Below are positions 40,779-51,677 of a stretch of 55,717 bases of DNA, piece after piece. This DNA comes from Kofleriaceae bacterium (GTDB taxonomy: Bacteria > Myxococcota_A > Polyangia > Haliangiales > Haliangiaceae). Position 1 is the first letter of the stretch, and the number at the start of each line of letters is the position of its first letter. The notes below the pieces were generated by a model. The model was not told where the DNA came from. It ran no database searches and saw nothing but the letters and a program-made list of their open reading frames with translations. The position numbers were made by a program, and so were the translations under genes. The stretch spans positions 1 through 55,717 of the forward strand of contig JBKJLC010000004.1 of NCBI GenBank assembly GCA_046597055.1, in the 5' to 3' direction.

Positions 40779-41041
40779 TGGCGGCCCGCGATCCGGCGCC
40801 TCGCCTGCGCATCCCGCGCGAGCTGTGGTCGGCCCACGATCTCGGTCAGCCCACGGCGCCGCCCCGTCCGCGCGAGCGGCCGACGCCCTATCGGCGCGGC
40901 CGCGGCCGTGGCGGCTCGCCGGCCAGCGAGGCGGCGGCCGACCCGACCCTGCCGCTCGGGCTGTCCGAGCTGTGGGACCTACGCCGGCTCGGGCTGTTCG
41001 ACGACGACGGCCGCACGCCGCCGGGCGGGTGGGACCAGTAG
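40778..41041 (+). CDS. Small hypothetical protein, third gene of the recA operon
   Basis: TGATG overlap preceded by GGAGG; 87 aa. Confidence 0.6.
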   Translation: MAARDPAPRLRIPRELWSAHDLGQPTAPPRPRERPTPYRRGRGRGGSPASEAAADPTLPLGLSELWDLRRLGLFDDDGRTPPGGWDQ

Positions 41042-41061
41042 CGACCGCGGGGCGCGATCGG

Positions 41062-41673
41062 TCAGGTGCGGCCGAGCAGGCCGGCGATCAGCGCGATGAC
41101 CTGCGTCCGCGTGCCGACCAGCGGGGCGGCACCGGGGATGATCAGCGTGACCTCGTCGCCGCGATGCTCGATCAGGATCTCGACGTCGCCAAAGCTGCGC
41201 CGCTCGATCGTGCTGGCGGTGCCCTGCGCGTGGCGACGCGGGGGGAATCCGGCCGGGCGCGGTGCCAGCGCGGGTGCGGTCGTGGTGGACGGCGCGGCGG
41301 CGACCAGGGACGGGGACGGCGCGGCGGACGTGGGCGCGGCCGCGGCCGGCACGAGCGGGGACGGCGACGGGAACGTGCCCGAGCCAGGCGCGCGGGTCAT
41401 GGACGGCAGCGGCAGCGTCGATCGGTTGAGCCGCGGGAGCTCGCGCGAGCTCCCGCCGGCGAGCGCAGGCGCCGCGGGCTCGGAAGCCGGGGTCGGCGCG
41501 GGCGTGGGCCCAGGCGTCGGCGGCGCGGCCAGGGGCCCGGTCGTCGGCGGTTGGACCAGCGGGATGTCGCGCTCGGTCCGGCGGTCATCGCGCGCGACGA
41601 CCACGTCGCGCAGGTTGATCCGGGTGGTCGGGTTCCGCCGGCGCGTCAACCGGTAGGTGCGGTCGTCATCCAC
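41062..41673 (-). CDS. Hypothetical protein, paralog of 43415-43837
   Basis: Shares N-terminal DDxxYR(L/V)TRR...LRD(V/I)V and C-terminal IERRxFG..E..IEHRGD.V.xIxPGA..LVG.R motifs. Confidence 0.8.
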   Translation of the reverse strand: MDDDRTYRLTRRRNPTTRINLRDVVVARDDRRTERDIPLVQPPTTGPLAAPPTPGPTPAPTPASEPAAPALAGGSSRELPRLNRSTLPLPSMTRAPGSGTFPSPSPLVPAAAAPTSAAPSPSLVAAAPSTTTAPALAPRPAGFPPRRHAQGTASTIERRSFGDVEILIEHRGDEVTLIIPGAAPLVGTRTQVIALIAGLLGRT

Positions 41674-41802
41674 GGCAGCCCACACTAGAGGGTCAGAGTG
41701 CTGCTGACCATCACTGCAGACTGGCAACAGGTAACAGACCCGCGTAGGGCGTGACGCCCGATCATCGAACCGGCTTCGCGATCGCCAGTAGGATGGCAAG
41801 GC

Positions 41803-42675
41803 ATGGGAAACCTCGTACTTCGGCGCAAGACCAACCTGTCGCCGTTCCGCAAGGTCGCGATCGGCACCTGGCAGGCCCCGGAGGATCCCAGCGTGTACGG
41901 GGCGCTGACCCTGCGGATGGAGCCAGCGCTCGCGTACATGGACGCGTTCCGGGTCGCGACCGGGCGCCGCGTGACGATCACCCACCTGATGGGCCGGGCG
42001 GCGGGAGCGGTGTTCGAGCGGATGCCCGATGCCAACGCGATCTTGCGCGGCAAGCGGCTGTATCTGCGCGACGAGGTCGCGCTGTTCTTCCAGGTCGTGC
42101 TCGAGGATCCGGAGACCGGCGAGATCGATCTATCCGGAATGCTGGTGCGCGAGCCCGCCCGAAAGACGCTGCTCGAGCTGGTCGACGAGATGAACGAGCG
42201 GACCGCCAAGGTGAAGGCGCATCGCGACCGCGAGCTCGCGGGTGCGCGCTCGCGTATGGCGCGACTGCCCACGTGGCTGGTCGGCCCGATGCTCCGGATG
42301 ACCGCGTTCCTCGGCTACGACCTCAACCTGGACCTGCGGCGCTGCGGGATCCCGCGCGACCCGTTCGGCTCGATGATGATCACCAACATCGGCTCGATCG
42401 GGCTCGAGGAGGCGTACGCGCCGCTGGTCGGTTACAGCCGCGTGCCGATCGTGATCGCGCTCGGCGCGATCGAGGACACGCCGGTGGTCGAGGGCGGCCG
42501 GGTGATCGTCGGGAAGACGATGCGGGTGTGCGCGACCTTCGACCACCGGATCCTGGACGGCGCCCACGCGGCGCTGATGGCGAGCACGCTGAAGGCGTGG
42601 TTCGCCCGCCCGGCCGAGCACTTCGGCGCGATCCCGGTGGCGCCGCCACCGGCGCGTACGTCCGCGGCGACCTGA
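41803..42675 (+). CDS. 2-oxoacid dehydrogenase E2-like acyltransferase, catalytic domain only
   Basis: LSPFRK, ITNIGSIG, TFDHRILDG. No lipoyl domain. Confidence 0.9.
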   Translation: MGNLVLRRKTNLSPFRKVAIGTWQAPEDPSVYGALTLRMEPALAYMDAFRVATGRRVTITHLMGRAAGAVFERMPDANAILRGKRLYLRDEVALFFQVVLEDPETGEIDLSGMLVREPARKTLLELVDEMNERTAKVKAHRDRELAGARSRMARLPTWLVGPMLRMTAFLGYDLNLDLRRCGIPRDPFGSMMITNIGSIGLEEAYAPLVGYSRVPIVIALGAIEDTPVVEGGRVIVGKTMRVCATFDHRILDGAHAALMASTLKAWFARPAEHFGAIPVAPPPARTSAAT

Positions 42676-42858
42676 CACGCACCGGCGTCAGGCACCTCGG
42701 CGATCGTGCGCGTCGATCGGCCGCCAGCGTTGGTCGAGTCGGGTCGGAGGGTGTGATTCTATCGAATCCCACCCTCCCCTCGATCGGTCGGCCGCGGGCC
42801 AGAGCCCGCGCCCGATCTGTACGGAATCAGAGCCGCCTCGCCTTCGGCTCGGCTCAGG

Positions 42859-43182
42859 TCAGAAGACCGGCGGGCCCTCCGGCTCGGGCGGGATGACGAC
42901 CTCGCCATCGCAGCAGGCATCGCCGTCGCAGCCCGGCTGCGGGAACTCGCAGCACGGCCCATCGACACCTTCGACGTGCTGCTCGATGTGCTTGCCGATA
43001 CAGTCGACAGCCACGATCGGCGAGGCCTGGAGGCGGGGCATGTACGTGACGCGGTCGAGGTTACAAACCTCGCCGGTCAGTGCATTGAGGTACTGGCCGC
43101 TGGTGCTCGTGGTGCTGTCCGTATCGGTACAGCTCGCGAGCCCGAGGGCAGCCAGCAGGGAGAGAAGGAGCTTGGTCCGCAT
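42859..43182 (-). CDS. Small Cys-rich lipoprotein
   Basis: LGLASC lipobox; CC..C..CC cluster. Confidence 0.7.
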   Translation of the reverse strand: MRTKLLLSLLAALGLASCTDTDSTTSTSGQYLNALTGEVCNLDRVTYMPRLQASPIVAVDCIGKHIEQHVEGVDGPCCEFPQPGCDGDACCDGEVVIPPEPEGPPVF

Positions 43183-43226
43183 GGGTTGGGGGTCCGATGG
43201 CTAAGAGTCCCGGCGTCCCCTACCTC

Positions 43227-43242
43227 AGCAAGGCCGAGACCA
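43227..43242 (-). promoter_or_regulatory. Putative sigma54 promoter of the small lipoprotein gene
   Basis: Minus strand TGGTCTCGGCCTTGCT (GG-N10-GC with TTGC). Confidence 0.5.
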
Positions 43243-43414
43243 GCGCGGGCTCGATGGAACTCCGCACACCTGCGGTCAGCGCGCACCCCAGGAGCGGAGA
43301 GCGCGCGCCTCATGGCTGGGGCCCAGTCTCTCCGCCAACTTACGTTCGCGCCGGGCTGGCGAAACGTCGGTTCGCCGAGGAGCAGCCCGCGCCGACCAGG
43401 CCGTCCGGGCTCGA

Positions 43415-43837
43415 CTAGCGCTGGGCGCCGGGCTTGCCGAGCAGCGCGCGGACGAGATCGACCGCCTCGTCCCGGTTGCCGACCAGGCGGAGGGCGCCGG
43501 GCAGGATCATCGCCACCTGATCACCGCGATGCTCGATCACGACCTCGTAGCCGCCGAAGTAGCGTCGCTCGATGATCACGCCGGGAGTCGCGATGTCGAG
43601 CTCGAACTCGCGTTCTGAGTCGGGCGCAAGCGCGGGCTCGGACGGAGGCAGCGACGGGCTCGGCACGCGCTGGATGCCGGACCGGCTGCCGGCGGCGAAC
43701 GCCGCGGCCGCCGGCGACGCGTCGTCGTCGCTGTTCGGCGCCGCGAGATCGACCGGCGAGACGATGTCGCGCAACGTGTCGCGATTCGGCATCGGCGTCC
43801 GACGCGTCACGCGGTAACGGCTGTCGTCGCGAGACAT
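43415..43837 (-). CDS. Hypothetical protein, paralog of 41062-41673
   Basis: Same terminal motifs as 41062-41673 with a shorter low-complexity linker. Confidence 0.8.
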   Translation of the reverse strand: MSRDDSRYRVTRRTPMPNRDTLRDIVSPVDLAAPNSDDDASPAAAAFAAGSRSGIQRVPSPSLPPSEPALAPDSEREFELDIATPGVIIERRYFGGYEVVIEHRGDQVAMILPGALRLVGNRDEAVDLVRALLGKPGAQR

Positions 43838-44010
43838 CGAAGCTGAATCTTAACCTGAGCGTCGGCGCGGCTCCATCTTCCCATTTGGGCGCCAGCCGCG
43901 CTGTCACGGGGTCGATGTGGGTGCTGGTGAGGGCGCGTGGACGCTGCGCGGCGGCTGTCACCAGCCAGGTTCCGGACCGACCGCGCGACCGCTGCCTCGC
44001 CGGGCAGCCC

Positions 44011-44107
44011 GGCCAGCCTGCCCGACCCCGCGGTGGTGTCAGCGCCTGGCCAGCCTGCCCGACCCCGCGGTGGTGTCAGCCACCCGTAGATGTCCGGTTT
44101 CCGGACA
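44011..44107. repeat. 33-nt direct repeat x2, a 17-mer shared with the terminal array, and a perfect palindrome
   Basis: GGCCAGCCTGCCCGACCCCGCGGTGGTGTCAGC at 44011 and 44048; GGTGTCAGCCACCCGTA at 44072-44088; TGTCCGGtttCCGGACA at 44091-44107. Confidence 0.85.
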
Positions 44108-44948
44108 TCCAGGCGGCGGCGGCCGCGGCGACCTCGCGCGGCCGCTCGGCCGGGAGGAAGTGGCCAGCCCCGGCCAGCACCTCGGCGCGGTAGGGCCCGG
44201 CGAAGTGCCGCTCGGCGCCGCGCGCGGCGTCGGGCCCGATGCATCCATCGTCGGCGCCGTGCAGGTACAGCACCGGGACGGTGATGCCGCCAGCGCCGGA
44301 CGGCCGGCGCAGCGCGGGGCCGGGCCGCCGCAACGCCGCGCGATAATAGAGGAGCGGCGCCGGCCAGCTCACGCGCAGGCAGGCGTGCAGCTCGGCGCGC
44401 AGCGCGCCTGGCAGCTCGAAGCCGGGGGACCAGGTCCGCCACAGCCGGTCGATCAGGGCGAAGTCGCGCGCCGCCACGGCGTGCGGCGCGCCCGGCAGCT
44501 GGAAGAACGCCATGTACCAGCTGCGCAGCGCCTGCCGGGTCCGGGTCGCCGCCCGGACGAACGCCCGCGGGTGCGGCACCGAGATCGTCACCGCTGACGT
44601 GATCCGGGTCGGCACGGTCGCGCACGCGACGTAGGCGACCGCGGCCCCCCAGTCGTGGCCGACCAGGTGGAACCCGCGCCCGGGCGCGAGGAGGTCGGCG
44701 ATCGCGAGCACGTCGGCGACCAGCGTGTCGAGGTCGAAGGGGCCCACCACCGGCGACGGGGCGTAGCCTCGCATCCACGGTGCGACCACCCGGAAGCCGC
44801 GCGCGGCGAGCTCGTCCAGCATCGGCGCGAACGTCGAGGGCACGTCGGGGAAGCCGTGGAGCACCAGCGCCAGCGGCGCCTCGGCGGCACCGGCCGCGAG
44901 CGCCTGGAACGACCCGGTCGCAGCTTCGAGACGGATGATCGTCGCCAT
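44076..44948 (-). CDS. Alpha/beta hydrolase (epoxide hydrolase-like)
   Basis: LHGFPD, MRGY, GHDWGA, SWYMAFFQ, GHFL. Confidence 0.92.
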   Translation of the reverse strand: MATIIRLEAATGSFQALAAGAAEAPLALVLHGFPDVPSTFAPMLDELAARGFRVVAPWMRGYAPSPVVGPFDLDTLVADVLAIADLLAPGRGFHLVGHDWGAAVAYVACATVPTRITSAVTISVPHPRAFVRAATRTRQALRSWYMAFFQLPGAPHAVAARDFALIDRLWRTWSPGFELPGALRAELHACLRVSWPAPLLYYRAALRRPGPALRRPSGAGGITVPVLYLHGADDGCIGPDAARGAERHFAGPYRAEVLAGAGHFLPAERPREVAAAAAAWMSGNRTSTGG

Positions 44949-45038
44949 GCCGCATCGTACGATCGGCGGCCCGCCGGTGCGGGTGATGCCTGCTCAGCCA
45001 GCGGCCGCGGGACCGGCTCGCGAGCGGCCTGCGGGGTG

Positions 45039-45151
45039 CGTCCGGATTCCGGACAGATGTCCGGGTCCCGGACACCGGCCGGCCGGGGGCCGGACAGCCT
45101 CCGCGCAACCGCCGAGATCGTCACGGCCGGCGGACTGGCCCCCGGGTTGCT
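45039..45151 (+). promoter_or_regulatory. Three palindromic sites plus sigma54 promoter of the VWA gene
   Basis: CGTCCGGattCCGGACA (45039), TGTCCGGgtcCCGGACA (45058), CGGCCGGgggCCGGACA (45080), then TGGCCCCCGGGTTGCT (45136-45151). Confidence 0.75.
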
Positions 45152-45163
45152 CAGGAGACCGGC

Positions 45164-46198
45164 ATGCGCAACCCGCTGCTGGTGTTGATTCTCGGAGCCG
45201 TGGTCACCGCCGGCGTGATGTCGCCGGTCGCCGCCGCGCCCCCACGCGATGGCTGGTGCGCGCCGCCGCGCCTGGTGGTCGTGCTCGATCGCTCGAGCTC
45301 CATGAACGGGGCGATCGGCGCCGCCAGCAAGTGGGTGGCGGCCCGGTCCACGCTCGACCAGGTCCTGACCTCGTACGAGCACACGATCGGGTTCGGGCTC
45401 GCGACCTTCCCGTACCCGAACGAGTGCGGCCCGGGACGGCTCGACCTGGCGCCGGCGCTGGCCCAGCGGGCCCGGATCCTGGCCGCGCTGGCGACGCCGC
45501 CGCCCGACGACGGCAACTGGACGCCGCTCGGCGAGACCCTGCTGGCGCTCGCCGACGAGCCCGAGGTCACCGGGGTCGACCGGCCGACCTACCTGGTCGT
45601 CGTCACCGATGGCTTCCAGTGGTGCGCGCCGTTCGATCCCGACGCGCGCACCCTGCCGATCGACGGCGTGCTCGCGTTGCGCGACAGCGGCGTGCGTACG
45701 TTCGTCGTCGGGTTTGGCGCGGGGGTCGACGTCGCGACCCTGAGCGCGATGGCGGTCGCCGGCGGCACCGCGCGGGTCGGATGCGATCCGACCGCGAGCG
45801 CGGCCGGGCCGGCGGCGCCTTGTTACTACCAGGCCGACGATGCGCCGGCGCTGCTGTCGGCGTTGATGGCGGTGGCCTCCATCGCGTCGGACGAGGTCTG
45901 CGACCAGCGCGACAACGACTGCGATGGCGTGATCGACGAGGACGGGGCCTGTCCGCTGCCGCCGCCGCCCACCCCGGCCAGCGTCGACGCCGGGCTGGAC
46001 GACGCCGGCGACCTCGGACTCGACGGGGTCCCGAGCGGCGGCTGCGGATGCCGGGTTCCGGGTGGCGGCGACCCGGCCGGTGGGCTGCTGGTGCTGGCGG
46101 TCCTGGTCGCGTGGCTCAGCCGCCGCTCGCCTGGCGCACGACGTCTTCGGCCGGCGCCGGCGTGGTGGCCTCCGGCGGCACCTCGGGCTCGTCAGTGA
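45164..46198 (+). CDS. Secreted VWA-domain protein with Cys/Asp metal-binding motif and MYXO-CTERM-like sorting tail
   Basis: Signal peptide; MIDAS DRSSS, TPL, TDG; EVCDQRDNDCDGVIDE; GGCGC + hydrophobic helix + Arg cluster. Confidence 0.88.
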   Translation: MRNPLLVLILGAVVTAGVMSPVAAAPPRDGWCAPPRLVVVLDRSSSMNGAIGAASKWVAARSTLDQVLTSYEHTIGFGLATFPYPNECGPGRLDLAPALAQRARILAALATPPPDDGNWTPLGETLLALADEPEVTGVDRPTYLVVVTDGFQWCAPFDPDARTLPIDGVLALRDSGVRTFVVGFGAGVDVATLSAMAVAGGTARVGCDPTASAAGPAAPCYYQADDAPALLSALMAVASIASDEVCDQRDNDCDGVIDEDGACPLPPPPTPASVDAGLDDAGDLGLDGVPSGGCGCRVPGGGDPAGGLLVLAVLVAWLSRRSPGARRLRPAPAWWPPAAPRARQ

Positions 46199-47996
46199 TG
46201 ACCTGATGTTCGATCAAGCGACGATAGATCCCGCCCAGCGCCATGAGCTCGGCGTGCCGGCCGCTCTCGGCGACCCGGCCCCCGGACAGCACCGCGATGC
46301 GGTCGGCGTCGCGCACGGTCGACAGCCGGTGCGCGACCACCAGCGTGGTCCGGCCATGCATCAGGCGGGCGAGCGCCTCCTGAACCGCGGCCTCGCTCTC
46401 AGCGTCGAGGCTGCTGGTCGCCTCGTCGAGAATCAGGACCCGCGGGTCGACCAGCAGCGCGCGGGCGATCGCGATGCGCTGCTTCTGGCCACCCGACAAC
46501 TTCACGCCGCGCTCGCCGATCATCGTGTCGTAACCGTCGGGGAAGGTCCGGATGAAGTCGTGCGCGTTGGCGAGCCGGGCGACGTCCTCGACCTGAGCGA
46601 GCGAGGCGTCGTCGCGGCCGTAGGCGATGTTCTCGCGGATCGTGCCGCTGAACAGCACCGGCTCCTGCGAGACCATGGCGGTGGCGCGGCGCAACTCGGC
46701 CAGGCGCAGGGTTCGCACGTCGACGCCGTCGAGCGTGACCCGACCGGCATCGACGTCGAAGAAGCGCAGCAGCAGCTGGAGCACGGTGGTCTTGCCGGCG
46801 CCCGACGGCCCGACCAATGCGACGACCTCACCCGGCGCGATCGCGAGCTCGAACCCGGTCAGCACCTTGTGGTCGCGCCGCGCGGGATAGCTGAAGTCGA
46901 CGCGCTCGAAGCGGATGGCGCCCCCGCCCGCGGGCAGCACGTCGGCCACCTCGGGATCGCGGATCTCCGGCACGGTGTCGATGATCGCGAACAGCCGCTC
47001 GGTGGCACCGGCCGCGCGCTGCAGCGAGCCCCACAGGCTGGCCAGCTCGGCCAGCGAGCCGGCGACCATGAACGTGTAGAGAAAGAACGAGATCAGCTCG
47101 CCGGGGGTGATCGACCTGGCGATCAGGGCCCGGCCGCCGAGCCAGATCACGACCGTGATCGCGACGTAGCCGGCGGCGGTGGCGGTCGCGAAGAACGACG
47201 AGCGCCAGCGCGCCAGCGCCAGCGAGCGCTGGAACGCCTGCTCGACGCCGGCCTGGTAGCGCTCGGCCTCCTTGCGCTCGCGCACGAACGCCTGGACGGT
47301 CTGGATCGCGCCCAGCGACTCCTGGACGTGGCCCGAGACCCGGGCCAGCTCGTCCTGCATGCCCCTGCTCATCTTGCGGATCGCCTTGCCGAAGTAGACG
47401 GTGGCGAACACGACCGGCGGCACGATCGCCAGCATCAGCGCGGTCAGGCGGGCGTCGATGATGAACAGGAGGATCAGGCCGCCGGCCAGCTGGACCGCGT
47501 TGCGCAGCGCCATCGACAGCTCGGTACCAACCACGCCCTCGACCACGGTCACGTCGGACGACAGCCGCCCGACCAGCTCGCCGGTGCGACGCTCGTGAAA
47601 CCACGCGAGCGGCAGCCCGAGCAGGCGGTCGAACACCAGCGCGCGCAGATCGGCGACCACGCGCTCGCCGAGCCAGCTCATCGAGTAGTGGCGGATCCAC
47701 ACCAGGCCGGAGTGGAGGATGAAGACCCCCACCAGGGCCAGGACGATGCGGTCGAGCTCGTGCGCCGACGATTCGCGGAGGCCGGCGTCGACCGCCTCCT
47801 TGGCGGCGAGCGGGTAGATCAGCGACATGCCCGAGGCGGCCAGCAGCGTGATCAGCGCGAGCACGAACCGCGCCTTGTGCGGGCGCAGCAGCGCCAGCAG
47901 CCGCACCAGCACCGTCAGGCGGCGCGCGGGGCGCTGGCCACCGGGCCGGTCGGGATCGTCGGCGGGAGCCGCGGTATCGTCCGGTTCGTCGCTCAA
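46116..47996 (-). CDS. ABC exporter, fused permease/ATPase (MsbA/ABCB-like)
   Basis: Multi-TM N-terminus; GPSGAGKT, LSGGQKQR, ILDEATS, AHRLST. Confidence 0.95.
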   Translation of the reverse strand: MSDEPDDTAAPADDPDRPGGQRPARRLTVLVRLLALLRPHKARFVLALITLLAASGMSLIYPLAAKEAVDAGLRESSAHELDRIVLALVGVFILHSGLVWIRHYSMSWLGERVVADLRALVFDRLLGLPLAWFHERRTGELVGRLSSDVTVVEGVVGTELSMALRNAVQLAGGLILLFIIDARLTALMLAIVPPVVFATVYFGKAIRKMSRGMQDELARVSGHVQESLGAIQTVQAFVRERKEAERYQAGVEQAFQRSLALARWRSSFFATATAAGYVAITVVIWLGGRALIARSITPGELISFFLYTFMVAGSLAELASLWGSLQRAAGATERLFAIIDTVPEIRDPEVADVLPAGGGAIRFERVDFSYPARRDHKVLTGFELAIAPGEVVALVGPSGAGKTTVLQLLLRFFDVDAGRVTLDGVDVRTLRLAELRRATAMVSQEPVLFSGTIRENIAYGRDDASLAQVEDVARLANAHDFIRTFPDGYDTMIGERGVKLSGGQKQRIAIARALLVDPRVLILDEATSSLDAESEAAVQEALARLMHGRTTLVVAHRLSTVRDADRIAVLSGGRVAESGRHAELMALGGIYRRLIEHQVITDEPEVPPEATTPAPAEDVVRQASGG

Positions 47997-48059
47997 CGAA
48001 GCCGCAGCCTAGCAGGGGCGCTCACCGGCGGGAGCCTGCCCGAACGGTCAGCGCCGGGG

Positions 48060-49340
48060 TCACGCGCCGGCGACGTGGTGACCGTTGGCAGAATATGCCG
48101 TGCTGGCATCCGCCGAGGTGGTGAAGAAGCGGATCAGCTCTTCCTCCTGCGCGCGGGCGTCGCGGCGGCCGAGCGCGATGAGCTCGGCGGCCCAGTTGCC
48201 ATCGAACAGCAGGTACGACAGCAGGTCGTTCTCGCGGCGGCTCTCGCCGGCCGCGAGGCTGGCGATCAGCTTGCGCGTCACCCGGCTCTCGACGATCGCC
48301 TTGCCGGACGCGACGAAGTCCGAGGCCATGGCGCCGATGTCGAGCGACGGCCGGATGTGGCAGGCCTCGATCGGGCGGATCGGCGCGCCGCGCACGCGGA
48401 CCAGCTCGCGGTTCATCACCTCGACGAACTGGGGCCCGAACGCCGAGGTGCCGGCGGCCAGGATCGCGTTGAGCCGCTGCATGCGGTCGAGGTCGTACTC
48501 GGTGTGATCGAGGAGCAGCGCGTTGAGCGCCTTGCCGACCAGGAACAGCGGCCGCGGATAGGCGTCGGTGCGATCGCGGCTGGCGTCGGCCTCCTCGGCC
48601 GGCGTCGCGACGTGGCGCAGCGAGACCAGCAGCATCTTGTCGGCGCCGAGCCGGATCGCGGGCGACATCGGCGTGTTCTGGCGCAGGCCGCCGTCGGTGA
48701 AGAACTCGCCGCCGATCTTCACCGACGGGAACAGCAGCGGCAGCGCGGCCGAGGCCAGCACGTGTCGAGGGCCGATGCGCGCGGCCCGATGACGCACGAA
48801 CGGATCGCGGCTCCAGCCGACCGGCACCGGATCGGCGGACGAGATGAACACGACGGTGTGCCCGGTCCCGATGTGGGTCGTCGACACCGACAAGGCGTGC
48901 AACGCGCGGGCGCGGAGCGCGCGCTCGATGCCGCGCCACGGGATGTTCTTGATGACGAAGCGCTCGAGCCCGGCGGTGTTCAGGATGCCGCCGTAGCGGA
49001 AGCTGCCCGGCGACGGCGGCGGCGGGTCCTTGCCGAACAGCGTCGACACCGCGCGCCAGGCGTCCTTGACGCCGGTGCCGATCATCTCCTCGATCCGGAG
49101 CGCGCGCCACGCGGCGACCAGGCGCTGGGCCTGGGTCGCCGGGTCCTCCATGGTCGCGGCGAAGAAGGCGGCGTTGATCGCGCCGACGCTGGTGCCGGTG
49201 ACGATGTCGATCGACGGCTGAAAGCCGAGGCGCCGGGGCAGATCCTCGCGCAGGTACTGGATGATGCCGGCCTCGTAGGCGCCCCGCGATCCCCCGCCAG
49301 ACAGCACGAACCCGACTTTCGGACGAGGCGTGGGAACCAC
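48060..49340 (-). CDS. Patatin-like phospholipase
   Basis: [18 protein letters not shown]. Confidence 0.93.
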   Translation of the reverse strand: MVPTPRPKVGFVLSGGGSRGAYEAGIIQYLREDLPRRLGFQPSIDIVTGTSVGAINAAFFAATMEDPATQAQRLVAAWRALRIEEMIGTGVKDAWRAVSTLFGKDPPPPSPGSFRYGGILNTAGLERFVIKNIPWRGIERALRARALHALSVSTTHIGTGHTVVFISSADPVPVGWSRDPFVRHRAARIGPRHVLASAALPLLFPSVKIGGEFFTDGGLRQNTPMSPAIRLGADKMLLVSLRHVATPAEEADASRDRTDAYPRPLFLVGKALNALLLDHTEYDLDRMQRLNAILAAGTSAFGPQFVEVMNRELVRVRGAPIRPIEACHIRPSLDIGAMASDFVASGKAIVESRVTRKLIASLAAGESRRENDLLSYLLFDGNWAAELIALGRRDARAQEEELIRFFTTSADASTAYSANGHHVAGA

Positions 49341-49421
49341 GTGGCGATTGTTTCGCGACCCGGTCGTCCTTGTCCACACGGCGGGGTGAAACCAGGCCCG
49401 CGTCGGCGTGTCAGTGGATCG

Positions 49422-51677
49422 GTGAAGACCGCACCCTCCATCGTCACCCGGCCCGGCCGGTCCCCCTGGCTCTGGTCGATCGTGGCGGTCGGGCTCGCGC
49501 CGGCGCCGGCGTGGGCCGGGCTCGAGGGGCGGCCGGTGCCGGTGCTCGAGGCCGGCTGTCAGCTCGAGGTCCAGATCGACGGACCGATCGCCCGGGTCCG
49601 CGAGATCCACCACGTCGTCAGCGAGCCAGCGGGCTTCAGCCGCAGCGGCCCGGCGGGCCATGCCCCGGTGAGCAACGCGACCCAGGCGACCTACCGGTTC
49701 CAGATCGCGGCCGGGGGCCTGATCGACGGCTTCGAAGTCGCGCCGGCCGGCCGGCCGGCGGGAGACGGGATCCTGGTGCCAGCGGCGTCGCTGAGCAGCG
49801 TCACGCCCGGTGTCCTCGCGCTCCCGCCCGACCTCGGCCTCCTGCGGGTCGTGCCCGGGGGCCCAGACGACCCGACCTTCGAGGCGCGGCTGTTTCCGGT
49901 CGAGCCCGGCAAGGCGGCCAGCTTCACCGTCCGCTGGTCGGCGCCCATGACCTACACCGGTGGGCGGTTGACCCTGCGGATCCCGGCGCGCGGGGCCCGG
50001 ACCGACACCAACCTCAGCCGCTGCGCGGTGCGCGTGGTCGCCCGGCCAGCGAGCGGCGTGCGCTCGTGGGCCGCGGTGTTCGCGGCCGGCGTCCATCTCG
50101 GCGCCGGCGCCCAGGTGCGCGGCGCGACCAGCGCGACCCCGGTGGAGCCGCTCGTGATCGAGGCCACGCCGCGCTGGCACTCCGCCGAGCCGGTGCTCGC
50201 CGTCGCGCCGATCGGCGTGGGCGACGGCCAGGCGATCGCGGTCGGGGTGTTCGTGCCCGACCAGGCGACCGAGCCGACGCTGGCACCCGAGCGCCTGCTG
50301 CTGGTGGTGGACACCTCCCACAGCATGGGCGCCGCCGGGCGCGCCGCGGCGGTCCGCCTGGTCGATGAGCTGGTGCGGGCGGTTCCCGTCGGGACCCCGG
50401 TCGAGGTGGTCCTGTTCGATCGCGTGGCGCGGCGGGTGCTGGGCCAGTGGGCGCCGTCGAACCCCGACCGCGGGAGCTTCCTCGCCGCCGCGGTCGCCGC
50501 CGCGCCGGCGACGAGCGGCAGCGACCTGCCCCGCGCCCTGCGGCTCGCGGCCGACGCGCTGGGCGACGAGCCCGGTCGGGTGGTGCTGATCACCGACGCA
50601 ATCGTGCCCACGAACCTCGTCACGGCGACGCTGATGGGGCACTTCCCGGTCGCCGCGGAGCGGGTCGTACTCGACGCGATCGTGCCTGTGATCCCGGGAG
50701 CCGCGTTGCCCGGGCCCGGTCCGCTCGACGCCTTTGCCGGCGCGTATCACGGCCGGGTCGCGCCGGTGCGGACTCAGGATCTACCGACGAGCGCCGGGCT
50801 GGTCCGGCTGCTCGCGGCCGGCCCGCCCCTGGACGAGCCGGTGATCGCGGGCGACGGCCCCGACCTCGAGGTCGCGCTGCCGGACCGGCTCGAGCCCGGG
50901 GCGGGCGCGTGGCGCTTCGTCACCGACGTGCCCGGCACGCGGCTGACCCTGCGCGGCACCCGTGTCGGTAAGCCGCTGCAGGTACGCGCGCTCGGGTTGC
51001 CGCGCGGCGCCGCGCGCTTCGCCGTGCACGCCAAGCTGATGAACCACCCGCCCGACCTCGCCGCGGCGTTCGCGCTCGCCCGCCAGCATCGCGTGCTCAC
51101 CGACGCGACCGCGCTGGTGATCGCCGACGTCCGCGGCCCGGCCAGCCGCGAGCGGGCCGCCGTGGCCAGGCGCACCGGGCTGTACAGTCGCACCGCGCCG
51201 CCCGACGATCCGCCGATCGATACCCTGGTGCCGGCGCCGCGGGTGGCGACCGGCCACGCCACCGCCGTCGGCGTGCTGCCGCGCGAGTCGGTGGCGCTGG
51301 CGGTCCGCGACCAGCTCATGCCTCGCCTCGAGGTCTGCTACCGCGCGCTCCTGCGCAGCGCGCCCGCCGGCGGCGGCACGATGCACCTCGCGCTCGAGGT
51401 CGCGCGCGGCGAGGTGATGGACGTGCGCCTCGCCGGCGATCACTTCCCGGCGGCGATGGTCGAGTGCGCGGCCGACGCCGCGTTCGCCGTGGAGACCCCG
51501 GCGTACCAGCTCGGCGAGCAGCCCGACACGATCTACCTGGTGCGCAAGTCGGTGACGTTCCGGCCGCCGGCGACGACCGGTGGCGCCGGGCTGGTCCAGG
51601 ACCTCGCGCCGACCCGCCCACCCGTCAACCCGGCCGCGGCCCCGGCCATCGACGTCGACACCGACGCCCCGCTGTGA
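49422..51677 (+). CDS. Secreted VIT-like + VWA protein with AgmX/TonB-C-like C-terminal domain
   Basis: Signal peptide; [12 protein letters not shown]...YRF (VIT-like); [14 protein letters not shown] (VWA); [11 protein letters not shown]...LEVARGEV...MVECAADA. Confidence 0.75.
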   Translation: MKTAPSIVTRPGRSPWLWSIVAVGLAPAPAWAGLEGRPVPVLEAGCQLEVQIDGPIARVREIHHVVSEPAGFSRSGPAGHAPVSNATQATYRFQIAAGGLIDGFEVAPAGRPAGDGILVPAASLSSVTPGVLALPPDLGLLRVVPGGPDDPTFEARLFPVEPGKAASFTVRWSAPMTYTGGRLTLRIPARGARTDTNLSRCAVRVVARPASGVRSWAAVFAAGVHLGAGAQVRGATSATPVEPLVIEATPRWHSAEPVLAVAPIGVGDGQAIAVGVFVPDQATEPTLAPERLLLVVDTSHSMGAAGRAAAVRLVDELVRAVPVGTPVEVVLFDRVARRVLGQWAPSNPDRGSFLAAAVAAAPATSGSDLPRALRLAADALGDEPGRVVLITDAIVPTNLVTATLMGHFPVAAERVVLDAIVPVIPGAALPGPGPLDAFAGAYHGRVAPVRTQDLPTSAGLVRLLAAGPPLDEPVIAGDGPDLEVALPDRLEPGAGAWRFVTDVPGTRLTLRGTRVGKPLQVRALGLPRGAARFAVHAKLMNHPPDLAAAFALARQHRVLTDATALVIADVRGPASRERAAVARRTGLYSRTAPPDDPPIDTLVPAPRVATGHATAVGVLPRESVALAVRDQLMPRLEVCYRALLRSAPAGGGTMHLALEVARGEVMDVRLAGDHFPAAMVECAADAAFAVETPAYQLGEQPDTIYLVRKSVTFRPPATTGGAGLVQDLAPTRPPVNPAAAPAIDVDTDAPL

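Noticed and set aside
46062..49421. N-terminal 1120 codons of the 1871-aa ORF
   Set aside because: Antisense shadow of the ABC transporter and patatin genes; the real gene starts near 49422.
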